Below, in pieces: positions 42,247-53,490 of a DNA stretch of 64,000 nucleotides. Both the position numbers and the translations under genes were made by a program. The notes below the pieces were generated by a model. That model was not told where the DNA came from, did not search any database, and worked only from the letters and a program-made list of their open reading frames with translations. The number at the start of each line of letters is the position of its first letter. Within the stretch, counting starts at the first letter, position 1. Origin of the DNA: Eledone cirrhosa (taxonomy: Eukaryota); assembly GCA_964016885.1 (NCBI GenBank), contig OZ024757.1:6634001-6698000 (forward strand), in the 5' to 3' direction.

Positions 42247-42952
42247 TCAGCATCAGTGAGCCCAAATGCCCCATTATCATCCTGGACACACTTTACCCCA
42301 ACATCACAATTTGCCCTCACACACTGCCTCACAATCCTGAACATCTCATGTATTTCATCCTCACATCATAAAACCAACTGAAATTATATATTCTCTGCTT
42401 CCCTCCTTGCAAAGAATACTTCTTGCCTAGCTTCCTGTAGTGTACCCTCCAGCTGCCTCCATTCTGCCATTATTCCATGCCTGTCTCTTGGCCTTAACTG
42501 TCTCATCTACCCTAGTGTTTCACCACCAAGATACTCTCCTCTCTGAAGCCCTGCTCCAGCCACAGATCTAGTTTGACACCTTCAGCAAAGGTTCTTTAAG
42601 GAACTCCCACTGTTCCCCTATATTGTATGTTTCTATTTGTTCTTCCTTACTGTTGTAAAGATCAAACAAAATATCTCTAAATTTGGAACTGGCTGAGGGG
42701 TCCTTTAACTTCCATATCCTTCTCCTCCAAGTTGCCCTCAGTCTTCAAGTTCATCTAAGTCTATGAAATCACTAACTACTGGGTTATGTTGGGAGGTGCA
42801 TTCTTCCCCAGGGGGTGGGGATTGTGTGTTTACAAATGTCAATATCTCATCTTCTGGTGAGGATAAAAATCTGACTGGCATGCTCCTCTGACCAATAGGT
42901 GTTGAAGTGGTTGTCGGGTAAACGTTAAGACCCTCTGATATACATATATATA

Positions 42953-43690
42953 TACTAGCAGTGGTACCCGGCGTTGCACGGGATAACGTATTTTGGAACG
43001 CGGGCCACCATCTTCCACTTCAGCCGGTCGCCCTAAAGGGTTGGCTATTCAGTCTACTTGAGGCCATCTGGTGAGGGGGGTAAAGCTTTTAGTGTGCTAC
43101 TACCCTCACGGTCAAATAGAAAGGGAGAGGAAGATAAGTCAGCGTTAATATCATGCTACACGAAAAAAGACAGAAAGAAAGGGGAAGAAAATGAAGAAGA
43201 GGAAAAGTCAGCGTTAATGTCGAGCTACAAGAAGAAAGGCAGAAAGAAAGAGGAAGAGAAGTCCGTACTAATGTCAAGCTAGTCAGGCGAGGAGTGGCGC
43301 GAAAAAATGTTATTCTAAAGGACCCGTATCTTAACAGAGGTAAATATAGTGGGGGTCTGCATATTACAATGTGTGAGCAGAAGATTGGAATGTTAAATTT
43401 GTGTTTAGATTTATAGGATGAAGTTACAAAAATTTAATATTTAATATTAACATTATAAACTTTAAGAAATTAGAAAATTGAAAATTAAACAGTTTAAAAT
43501 TTGTGAGGTTTAAGTAAAGAAAGAGTCTTTTATGAAGAAACTTAAATTGTATTATAGAGTAAAGATTATGTCTTTGTTTAGCAGTCAAACAGCATGCGGC
43601 GACTTCAGGCTCCGTCGGCCCAACCTTACCCCGTGTCAGCCCTTCCGAGTGATATCGCCTAGCGAAAGATACGGAAATCAATTTTTCCAA
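42953..43690 (+). mobile_element. Helitron/Helentron-like non-autonomous fragment
   Basis: Begins TACTAGCAG..ACCCGGCGTTGCACGGG (terminal hairpin motif of this group); three GAGGAA..AAGTCAGCGTTAAT repeats at 43125-43280. Confidence 0.5.
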
Positions 43691-44097
43691 GCACTCTAGG
43701 AAGGTATAACAGGCTTCAGGTGCGCCAAGACAATAGGGTTTGCCAGTCTCTATTTAAGAATAAATCAAGAAAATAAATACAAACCGATTTGAACACATAT
43801 ATGTATATATCTGAGTTCGTTTTTCTTTTATATTCAATTATAATATACGGCTCGGAAAAATCTCTTTCTTAGAGCTATTTTATTGTAAGAGACTATTTTG
43901 AGTTCCTAACTCAATATATACCTTTGATATATTCGGCTCTGTTAATTTGTTGAGCTATTTCAAATGTCGCATAAACCTGGCTGCTATTGTTAGTGGTGTA
44001 AGTTTGTGAGACACGCTAAGATACCATGTGCGTTGTTATATATAGCACACTATTCAGTTACTTAATATACTTAGAAGTGTCTAGGATACTAATTCAT

Positions 44098-44173
44098 CAC
44101 CCACTGATGAGCAAGAATTGGTATTTCTATTCCCAATTAATATTGCGAAACAGCACCAAGAGCTGTCTGGGTG
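44098..44173 (+). ncRNA. Type I hammerhead ribozyme
   Basis: Stem I CACCCA/TGGGTG; core CTGATGA 44104-44110; stem II GCAA..TTGC; GAAA 44147-44150; stem III CAGC/GCTG; GTC cleavage triplet ending at 44167. Confidence 0.9.
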
Positions 44174-44327
44174 TATTTATTTTCTTGATTTATTCTTAAA
44201 TTGAGACAAGCAAACCCTATTGTCTATAGTCAGTATTCTTTTCACCTTAGCGAATCTGGCCCCTTGCGATTTGAACACATATATGTATATATCTGTGTTC
44301 GGTTTTCTTTTATATTCAATTATAATT

Positions 44328-44399
<72 letters not shown>

Positions 44400-44404
<5 letters not shown>

Positions 44405-44516
44405 AAAAAGTATGACCCCGACGGCAGAGCTCAAGCCGTTTCGACGGCTACTTCGAGTCCAGAAATAGCCGTCGAAACGGCTTGAGCTCTGCCGTCGGGG
44501 TCATACTTTTTCCTAT
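44400..44516. repeat. Perfect 51-bp palindrome made of a hammerhead 3' half and its reverse complement
   Basis: Arms 44400-44450 and 44466-44516, 15-nt spacer. Confidence 0.95.
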
Positions 44517-44593
44517 TTCCCACTCTACTACTCTACGTATTGAGTACTCTGGTGCGTTATGGTCCACCTGGTTCCTTACCACACTTCCTTTGT

Positions 44594-44625
<32 letters not shown>

Positions 44626-44667
44626 TATATATATATATATAGAGAGAGAGGGGGGGGGGCGAGAGAG

Positions 44668-44708
<41 letters not shown>

Positions 44709-45298
44709 GAGAGAGAGGGGGGTGAGTGGGAGAGAGAGTAGACACACAATGACAAACAGACAGAATCAGTATTTCATTTATGGACCTCAAAATGGGATTT
44801 TTACTCTGAGAGCTAGAGCAGACACTGAACATATATCCAGATGTGCACACATCTATATAAGAACACATATATAAATATACACATATGTACACACACATAC
44901 ACATATTTATACACACCTAATTATACTCACATATAGATATACATATACACAAATGAAGATACAATCATTTTTCGCATGTGGAGCGTACTTCATCTTTATA
45001 CTGTATATGTGTGTGTGTATATGTGTATATTTATGAGTGTATATGTGTATATTTATGAGTGTATGTATGTACGTATTTGTATGAGTGGCCGTATGTATGT
45101 ATGTCTATGTTTGTGTCTACGTGCGCTTATATGTATGTGTATACGCATGTATATGCGTATTTGTGTGTATATATATATATGGATATGTGTGTGTATGTGT
45201 ATTTTTGTGTATTTATATATATATATATTTGACGCTATAGTCACTTATATATTATGGAATACTGTTGGCTTCTTGCTACAATAATTTCTATACTTTTC

Positions 45299-45349
<51 letters not shown>

Positions 45350-45550
45350 ATAACAATAAAATGTTAAAGGTAATCCGATAAGAGTCTACGAAAACGTCTC
45401 ATGGACAGTTTAAGCACACGGTAGTATGGGACTCAACAAGATGTTTACTTTGGGGACAATTGTGCTTGTCTTCCTATGTAAATATATCTTGGAGTAATAA
45501 CAAAGTTAAGAATAACATGGTTGACAAAACAATCAAGGGTATTTAATTAT

Positions 45551-45655
45551 AGTCTTACAATTGTTTCCATGGTGGAATTGTCTATAAATTGCTAATACTG
45601 GAGAAGTATAAATCAACTTACAATACATTTAAATCAAATCATTTCATCAGAAACT
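45551..45655 (-). ncRNA. Degenerate minimal hammerhead (palindromic stem III, Penelope type)
   Basis: Minus strand AGTTT-CTGATGA-(long, poorly paired stem II)-GAAA-CAATTG-TA-AGACT. Confidence 0.55.
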
Positions 45656-45696
45656 CTTAATAAATATAAAATATATGCCTAACGGTAAACTTAAAA

Positions 45697-46918
45697 GCAC
45701 TACAACGGAATTGGCTGTCAGAAGTGAAAGTAGAAGAATGTGACGTCATTCGTCAACCTTCGTTTATTTCCGTATCACCACGGGTTTATTAATGTTTATT
45801 TACGTTAGCGTAGTAATCGATGAAAATATATTTATTTCGCTCTGTATATCAAATTAGAAAACAAGTTAGCGTAATCGATTTGTTTTCAAATAAAAATATA
45901 TTTATATATTTCAATAATGTTTCAATAGCATGGATACAGTAAAGTGAGTAGATTTGCAAACACATCGATTACGCTAACACCACCAATGCAGACTCTCACA
46001 CAATCCCCACCACCACCATGTGTAAATAAATACACTTTGAAATCACCACGTTCATGTAAAACTTGCTTTTTCACTTTGGGATAATACACGGATTTGCAAG
46101 TTGAAAAATATGAATTCTACATTATACCCCAGGGTGGAGTTAATCATCGCCATATTTCCATCGCTACCCCTACTACAGCAGATACCATTAATTGGTTGAA
46201 CAAACATGGACTTAATCCTGTGTGTTATTAAAGGGTTCCCGAGTAGTACAGTAAAATGAAGCCTTTACGAACGGATCTATGCAATGAAAGTATTTTTAAT
46301 AAGTGTATCTCATCGTAAACGTATCTCTTAGAAATTCATAAATGGCTGTGTAAACCCTTACACTTTAAAACAAAATTACAAACCAATTATGTGGTCATTG
46401 AAGTTGCTAGAAATAGCAGGCAAATTTTATACCCTCTACCACATTAAAGAAAGAACGAAAACGGGAGTAACTGGTTAATATTTATTGAAATATTCGAAGT
46501 GTTACTGCTTGGGACCTGATAAAAAGGAAATTATAGAGAATTTTAAATATTTCGAAAGCACAAGCAATCGTCAAGGACTTTCTATACTAATTCCCTCCTG
46601 TGTTCCTGGCAGCTGAGTATCAACCATCCATAAATAATCTCAATGGGGAAAACTTTCTTCAATGTCTACCAGTATTACAAAACAAGGTTATCTTGTAGTT
46701 ACCCGCGTTAAATTGTTTTATTTTAAGAAAGTCGGTAGTGTCGGCCCCCTGAACTTCATTTGTTTTCTAACTTGATAACTATGACTATACATCAACGTGG
46801 TGATTTCAAAGATTTGGTGGTGGTGGGGATACGGAAATATACGAAGGTTGACGAATGACGTCAGATGACGTCACATTCTTCTACTTTCACTTCTGACAGC
46901 CAATTCCGTTGTAGTGCC
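45697..46918. mobile_element. Foldback/TIR element copy 3 with TIRs of about 85 bp containing TGACGTCA
   Basis: GCACTACAACGGAATTGGCTGTCAGAAGTGAAAGTAGAAGAATGTGACGTCATTCGTCAACCTTCGT at 45697, inverted at about 46825-46918. Confidence 0.8.
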
Positions 46919-46958
<40 letters not shown>

Positions 46959-47099
46959 CATTATCGGAGAAAGCTTTTTAGCGATACTCCGGCCAAATTC
47001 CAACTCACTCAACAAACATTAGGAAATAAGTGAGTATATTCCTAATTAAGCGTTTGGGGTGCTGGAAAATTGGCTGTATTATTTCATATGAGGCATATC

Positions 47100-47154
<55 letters not shown>

Positions 47155-47155
<1 letters not shown>

Positions 47156-47262
47156 ATAAAGTTAGTCCTTTATCAGTGATCTTCCAACCATCATTGGTAT
47201 TTCATCGCTCGATGAAATACCAATGATGGTTGGAAGATCACTGATGATGGACTAACTTTATT
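47155..47262. repeat. Palindrome, 36-bp perfect arms with a 2-nt loop, extended by 14 bp
   Basis: Arms 47172-47207 and 47210-47245; the right arm runs into CTGATGA. Confidence 0.9.
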
Positions 47263-48082
47263 CATATGTAACCACGCAGCACGTTTATTCTCATATATAT
47301 ATATATATACGTGTGTGTGAGAGAGTAAACTGCAAAATATGGTCTTTGTTGTTGTAAGACAGTAGATAGTGATATTTGGCTGCTATTTCTACCAAGTCAA
47401 GTAACCAAGTAGGAGACTCCCTCCTTGATACGTAATAAATATTTCACTGAGTGATGCTGCTTGTTTTACCATGGGTTTGATACAATTGATGGAGTGAATT
47501 GATGTAACTGAAGGTCTGGCTAAAGGTATTAAATTAGGTCAGGGACTTTTAACGTATGACACCCGACTTACTTAAGAGCGCGGTAACATTTTCAACAACA
47601 CCACGTACCTGCTATCTTAATTATAACTATAATTAATCTAATTATATCTTGTGTATCAATTATCTCATGTTAAGGTGAAAGTTAATATTCTGTAGATAAC
47701 ATAGAGTGAGCTACATGTTCCAGGGTAGGTGTTCCATCTCCTACATGATTAAATATTTCATTTCATGAGAAACTACGCTACATCGTGAATTGGTTGTTCC
47801 ACATTTTACAGGACAGTGAGAAATAGGTCTAAATCACCAACATCTGAACAATTAGCTTTCCTGGTCTTTCTTGACTTTACACTTGGACTTGAAATATAAA
47901 GTACGTATTATTTGTATTGTTACCACAGCAGATATTGTGTACTTTTCTACACTCCGTGGAGAACAATCCTGATTTATTAAGACACAAACACACACACACT
48001 CTCTCTTACACTTTCTTATACCAACATCAGTCTTACACAGTCACATATCTTCAGAACTTCGAAGAATTCTTCAAGAATTAGT

Positions 48083-49468
48083 ATGGAGGACGTTAAACAC
48101 TTGGACATTTCTACCACACCTATTTCTACCAATATATATAGAGTTATACAGAGATACAGTGGTGAGAAACCTTTACCTAGTGAAACATGTACTGAACAAG
48201 GATCATTACACAGAAATATTCCTGAATATAGCTGTGAGATTTGTAGGAAAACTTTCTCATCAGAAGATGAATTATCTACACACAAACACAAACACTTCCA
48301 CTGTGAGACATGTGGGAAATCTTTTGTCTGTAACCGTGATTTATCTAAACACAAAAGAACATACACTGGAGAGGAACCCTTCAAATGTGAAATATGTGGG
48401 AAATGTTTCACTCAGAAATTCCATCTTGTTAGCCACATCCGTAGCCACACTGGGGAAAAACCCTATCATTGTGAAATATGTGGAAAGTCTTTTGTGTGGA
48501 ACAGCAATTTATCTAATCACATAAGAACACATACAGGAGAGAAAACCTTCCATTGTGAAATATGTGGGAAATGTTTTCTTACAAGCAATCATTTTACTAG
48601 ACACAAAAGAACACATACAGGAGAGAAACCCTTTCATTGTGAAATATGTGGGAAATCTTTTCCTGGGAGTTGGAAGCTTAATAATCATATACGTAGTCAC
48701 ACTAGGGAAAATCCCTTCCATTGTGATACGTATGGGAAATCTTTTCTTTCAAACAACGACTTATGTAGACACAAAAGAACACACACTGGAGAGAAACCCT
48801 TCAAATGTGAAATATGTGGGCAATCTTTTGGCCAGAGCAATACTTTGTCACTACACAAAAGAACACACACTGGAGAGAAACCCTTCCATTGTGAAATATG
48901 TGGGAAATATTTTGGCCATAGGTCTACTCTTTCACTACACAAAAGAACACACACTGAAGAGAAACCCTTCAAATGTGAAATATGTGGGAAATATTTTGCT
49001 ACGAGGACACATTTAACTAAACATAAAAGAACACACACTGGGGAGAAACCCGTCCATTGTGAAATATGTGGCAAATCTTTTCTCCATAACTCTACTTTGA
49101 TTACACACAAAAGAACACATACTGGAGCAAAACCATTCGATTGTGAAATATGTGGGAAATGTTTTCTTACAAGGAATCATTTAACTGGACACAAAAGAAT
49201 ACACACTGGAGAGAAACCCTTCCATTGTGAAATATGTGGGAAATCTTTTGTTGTAAGGAGCTATTTAACTATTCACAAAAGAACACACACTGGAGAGAAA
49301 CACTGTCATTGTGAAATATGTGGGAAATCTTTTGTTGTAAGGAGCTATTTAACTATACACAAAAGAACACACACTGGAGAGAAACCCTGTCATTGTGAAA
49401 TATGTGGGAAATGTTTCACTCAGAGATCCCATCTTGTTAAACGCTTACGTATTCACACTGGGGTATAA
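48083..49468 (+). CDS. C2H2 zinc-finger protein, 461 aa, 15 fingers (2 degenerate)
   Basis: Uninterrupted ORF with CxxC..HxxxH repeats and TGEKP linkers; no recognisable effector domain. Confidence 0.9.
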   Translation: MEDVKHLDISTTPISTNIYRVIQRYSGEKPLPSETCTEQGSLHRNIPEYSCEICRKTFSSEDELSTHKHKHFHCETCGKSFVCNRDLSKHKRTYTGEEPFKCEICGKCFTQKFHLVSHIRSHTGEKPYHCEICGKSFVWNSNLSNHIRTHTGEKTFHCEICGKCFLTSNHFTRHKRTHTGEKPFHCEICGKSFPGSWKLNNHIRSHTRENPFHCDTYGKSFLSNNDLCRHKRTHTGEKPFKCEICGQSFGQSNTLSLHKRTHTGEKPFHCEICGKYFGHRSTLSLHKRTHTEEKPFKCEICGKYFATRTHLTKHKRTHTGEKPVHCEICGKSFLHNSTLITHKRTHTGAKPFDCEICGKCFLTRNHLTGHKRIHTGEKPFHCEICGKSFVVRSYLTIHKRTHTGEKHCHCEICGKSFVVRSYLTIHKRTHTGEKPCHCEICGKCFTQRSHLVKRLRIHTGV

Positions 49469-50730
49469 CCCTTCTGCAATGAAACGTGTACTGAACAAGA
49501 ATATTTCTAAATATAGCTGTGAGATTTGTAGGAAAACATTCTCATCATTAGATGGATTATCTACACACAAACACATACATATTAAAGACAAACCCTATCA
49601 CTGGGAAATATGTTGTCACACTGGGGAAAAAGCCATATCATTGTGATAAATCTTTTATTAAAACCAGTGATTTAAGAGTAACCTTTCCATTGTAAAATAT
49701 TTGGCTGTAGCTCTCATTTAATTATTCACAAAAGTACACACTGGAGAGAATCAATATCACTATATAGTAAGTCTTTCATTAGCAAATCTAATCTTCTTGA
49801 CAATATACATAGTGACACTGGAGAAAAAACACTTCCGTTGTGAAATATGTGAGTTGCTGTGATTTAAATAAACAGAAATAAACAGACTCGAGACAAACAA
49901 CATCACTGAAATATGTGGTAAGTTGGTACCTTGAAATTCTCATCTTGCTGGAGACATATATAGTAACACTGGAGTAAAACCCTGTCACTGTGAAATGTGT
50001 GGGTAATGTTTTCTTGAAAACAGTAGTTTAACTGTTCACAAAAGAACAAACACTTCCATTGTGAAATATGTGAGAAATATTTCATCAGGTGCAGTGATTT
50101 AAATAAGCACAAACAAACACAGTGGAGACAAACAACATCACTGTGAAATATATGGTAATGTGTTAACTTGAAATTCTCATTTTGTTTGACACTGGAGGAA
50201 AAAACTTTGCCACTGTGAAATGAGTGGGTAATCTTTCTTGAAAAACAATCATTTGAAGACAAACAAAAACAACACATACTGCAGAAAAATCATATCACTG
50301 TTAAAAATGAGGGGAAATGTTATGTTAAAAACAGTGTTTTGAAAGAACACACTGGAGAAAAACGATATCATCTAGGGGTTTACATTTTGTTACAAATGGT
50401 TCTTTACACATACTGGAGAAAAACCATATTATTTTTAAATATACAAATGGTTACAGAGTCACAAAAGAACACTTTGGAGAAAAACCTATCATTGTGAAAA
50501 ATGTGAGAAATCTTTTACTGATAGTTTGGTACTTAATAAACATATATGTCTTCAGACTGGAGGAAAGAAACTTCCAGTGTGAAACATGTTGGACATCTTT
50601 TATTCAGAATTCTACTCATGTTGGCCACATAGTCAGACTGCAGAAAAAGGACCTTCCCCAGTGAAACATGAGGGAAATATTTTGTCTAACAGTAACTTAG
50701 ACAGAAACACACACACTGGTGATAAAACTA
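49469..50730 (+). pseudogene. Decayed second ZNF array downstream of the stop
   Basis: Repeats the gene's N-terminal finger ([12 protein letters not shown]), then many broken CACACTGGAGAAAAA/TGTGAAATATGT units. Confidence 0.85.
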
Positions 50731-50954
50731 TTTAACTGTGAACCCTGAGATACCCTTCCTTTTACCAGTCTAAACTTATTGTCCACCAACATCAAAAATG
50801 TAACCATTACACTTCTACCGACTCCATTTCTTAAATATGTTTTTAACTGGAATCAAAATTCTTTCCATGTCTAACTTTTGTCCTCCTAAATTCATTTTTA
50901 ATGACATAAATGTGAAATACGTTTTCTTTTTTTTTTTTTGGTAATAACTAAAAT

Positions 50955-51342
50955 TCCCTGTTGTATTGCATTAGTGAGAGACTCTCTATCACCTGAGGTA
51001 ATGCTGTGTCTTGATTCTGATATGTTAGAGGTCAACACCAACATTCCCTCTTGTGATGTGTAATTGAGGGAGACCCTCTATCACCTGAGGTGATGCTATC
51101 TAGTCTCAGAAATACTAGAGGTCAACACCAACATTCCCTCTTGTGATGTGTAATTGAGGGAGACCCTCTATCACCTGAGGTAATGCTGTGTCTTGATTCT
51201 GATATGTTAGAGGTCAACACCAACATTCCCTCTTGTGATGTGTAATTGAGGGAGACCCTCTATCACCTGAGGTAATGCTGTGTCTTGATTCTGATATGTT
51301 AGAGGTCAACACCAACATTCCCTCTTGTGATGTGTGATTGAT
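50955..51342. repeat. Tandem repeat, 4 x 90-92 bp
   Basis: AGACCCTCTATCACCTGAGG at 50979, 51071, 51161 and 51253. Confidence 0.9.
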
Positions 51343-51877
51343 GCAATGTATATGTATTTTCCTAGCTTTATTCTTCTTTCTTTTTTGAGTAAATTATTTT
51401 CATAATATATTAATTAAATTATATATATCTCCTGAAATTCAATCTATTTTTGTTAAGTAAAGAGTTACATTTGAGGAATTTGTCCAGTCTGTGATTCCAT
51501 ATTTTTGTTATTTTCCCATCTAAATATCTGTTAAGAACACCATATGTAATGATATCTTGAAAGTAGTTAGAATAAATCAAACACAAACACTTCATTGGTA
51601 TTTGAAATGTTTAAAATTCTATTGAACTTTGTTGTTTTTAAAACTTGTGCGGCCCCAAGAGGTTTTAATGTCTACTTCAACACATCTCCCTCACTATCTT
51701 CCAGGTTAACCCTTTCTCCATTCTGTCCTTAGCCAGGAGCATGAGGTAACTGGTACCTGGGTTTCTGTAGGCCAGAGAGAATTTTGAGACACTGTCTTGG
51801 CTGGTATCATTGGGGTAGTGATAGTATAGGTTACTGAGTGTTGTTAGACACAGTAAATAATGGTATTTGATGTAGGC

Positions 51878-52345
51878 ACAGGCCCAATAATATTGAGCGT
51901 GGGGAAAGTTAAATCAATCTCAGTGCATTACTGGTTCTTTATTTTATCAACCCCGTATGGATGAAAGGCAAAGCTACCCTCCACATAATTTGAACTCAGA
52001 ATGTAACAGGACATAACTATATGATGCAAAGATTGTTGTCTGACGCTCTACCGATTATTGCCAATTTACTGCACTAGTCACACTAAATAAAAGTGTTTTG
52101 AGAAATTTGAAGCAACAAACTTGTTAAATCTCTATTTATTTGTAAATTAGGCTGAAGACCAGCAATTTTGGGGGAAGGGCAAAGTTTATTAAATCAACCA
52201 TAGTACATATAATATATTTTATCCAGCCTAGAAGAATAAAATATAAAGTTTACCTCAGTGGGATTTGAACTCATAATATTAAAAACCAGGACAAATACTG
52301 CAATGGTAGGTTATCTGACACTCTACCAATTCTGTCATTCTACCA
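51878..52345 (-). mobile_element. Two diverged tRNA-derived SINE copies
   Basis: ATTTGAACTC (reverse B box) at about 51988 and 52263 with the family body. Confidence 0.65.
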
Positions 52346-52944
52346 TCTTTGTTTAAATCTATATTAAAGTAAATGTAGAATATATTTGTCCTTCTACCAT
52401 TTGAAATTCTACTGAAATCATCTCAGAACAACACAGTAGTGTTTCAATAGAGCTGTTATTTATTAAATCATTTATTTAAACCGTCCGTATCTGGCCAGAA
52501 TTCTCTGACATTTTCTGTTCTAACTGGCCCTAACAAGCCGCTCATGCTGATGTTAAGGTATTGTTCCCAAAATAAATAATATCAAAATCTCATAGATACA
52601 ATATTTTGTGACATAATGATGTTTACTGGGAAAATATAACAGTAAATATAGAGTAACGTTAATGATAAAGGCTTAACTAAACCTAGAAGAAAAGCAGACG
52701 TTACTGGATATTAATTCAGTGATTAGTGCTAAGGGAGACAACACCGCCTGGCTTAAATTAAGTCCCAGGTTGGTATGGTCAAGTAAACTTATAATTAAAG
52801 GTTTTCCTGCCGTGACAATAAACTATAATGGCATATATATGTGTGTGTGTGTATATATATATATATATTAGTAATAAACGGAAGATATATACTTTATATC
52901 ATCTCTTTATTTCATTATATATATTTCGAAGATGCAAAGTTTTA

Positions 52945-53040
52945 TGTATAACAGGAAGCAACACATGTTCTCCTTAGAGAAAATACAGAGAAATTGTATA
53001 ATTTGGACAGATCAGTGACTAGCAGGCATACATATGTATG

Positions 53041-53088
<48 letters not shown>

Positions 53089-53187
53089 CGTATATATATG
53101 CCTGCTAGTCTACCAACATATCAGGAAAAAATTATACATTTTCTATGTATCTTCTCTAAGGAGAACATGTTTTGCTTCCTGTATATA
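52945..53187. repeat. Imperfect inverted repeat centred on (TA)n
   Basis: ACAGGAAGCAACACATGTTCTCCTTAGAGAA versus TTCTCTAAGGAGAACATGTTTTGCTTCCTGT; GACTAGCAGGCATA versus TATGCCTGCTAGTC. Confidence 0.85.
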
Positions 53188-53274
53188 TATATACTCAAAT
53201 AATGAATTAAAACACATCAAATATGTTTAGAATTTTGTGTTACTCAATAAGCAAGATCAATAGATTTTATCTAG

Positions 53275-53352
53275 AGCCATAACGACCAAATACAAAGATA
53301 TATGTATATATATATATAGAGAGAGAGAGAGACATAACAACCAAATATAAAG

Positions 53353-53383
<31 letters not shown>

Positions 53384-53490
53384 CATAACAACCAAATATA
53401 AAGATATATATATATAGATAGAGAGAGAGAGAGAGAGAGACATAACAACCAAATACAAATATAAATATATATATAGAGCGAGAGAAAGAG
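53275..53490. repeat. Compound minisatellite, 4 x about 55 bp with (TA)n(GA)n
   Basis: CATAACAACCAAATATAAAG followed by TA/GA tracts. Confidence 0.8.

Larger units (their letters stand above)
39720..42920 (-). mobile_element. Old degenerate RTE LINE with nested MITEs
   Basis: WWFGHVM..GRPRKAW (40111-40311), CYKGKGDVLELENYR (41677-41901), endonuclease C-terminal remnants to about 42920. Confidence 0.85.
43720..44595 (+). mobile_element. Penelope-like pseudo-LTR remnants with inverted and direct blocks
   Basis: 43722-43782 inverted at 44172-44225; 43785-43845 direct at 44267-44327; contains hammerhead motifs; bounded by (TA)n. Confidence 0.6.

Noticed and set aside
44177-45284. ORFs rich in YI, CV or ER dipeptides
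   Set aside because: Translations of (TA)n, (TG)n and (GA)n microsatellites
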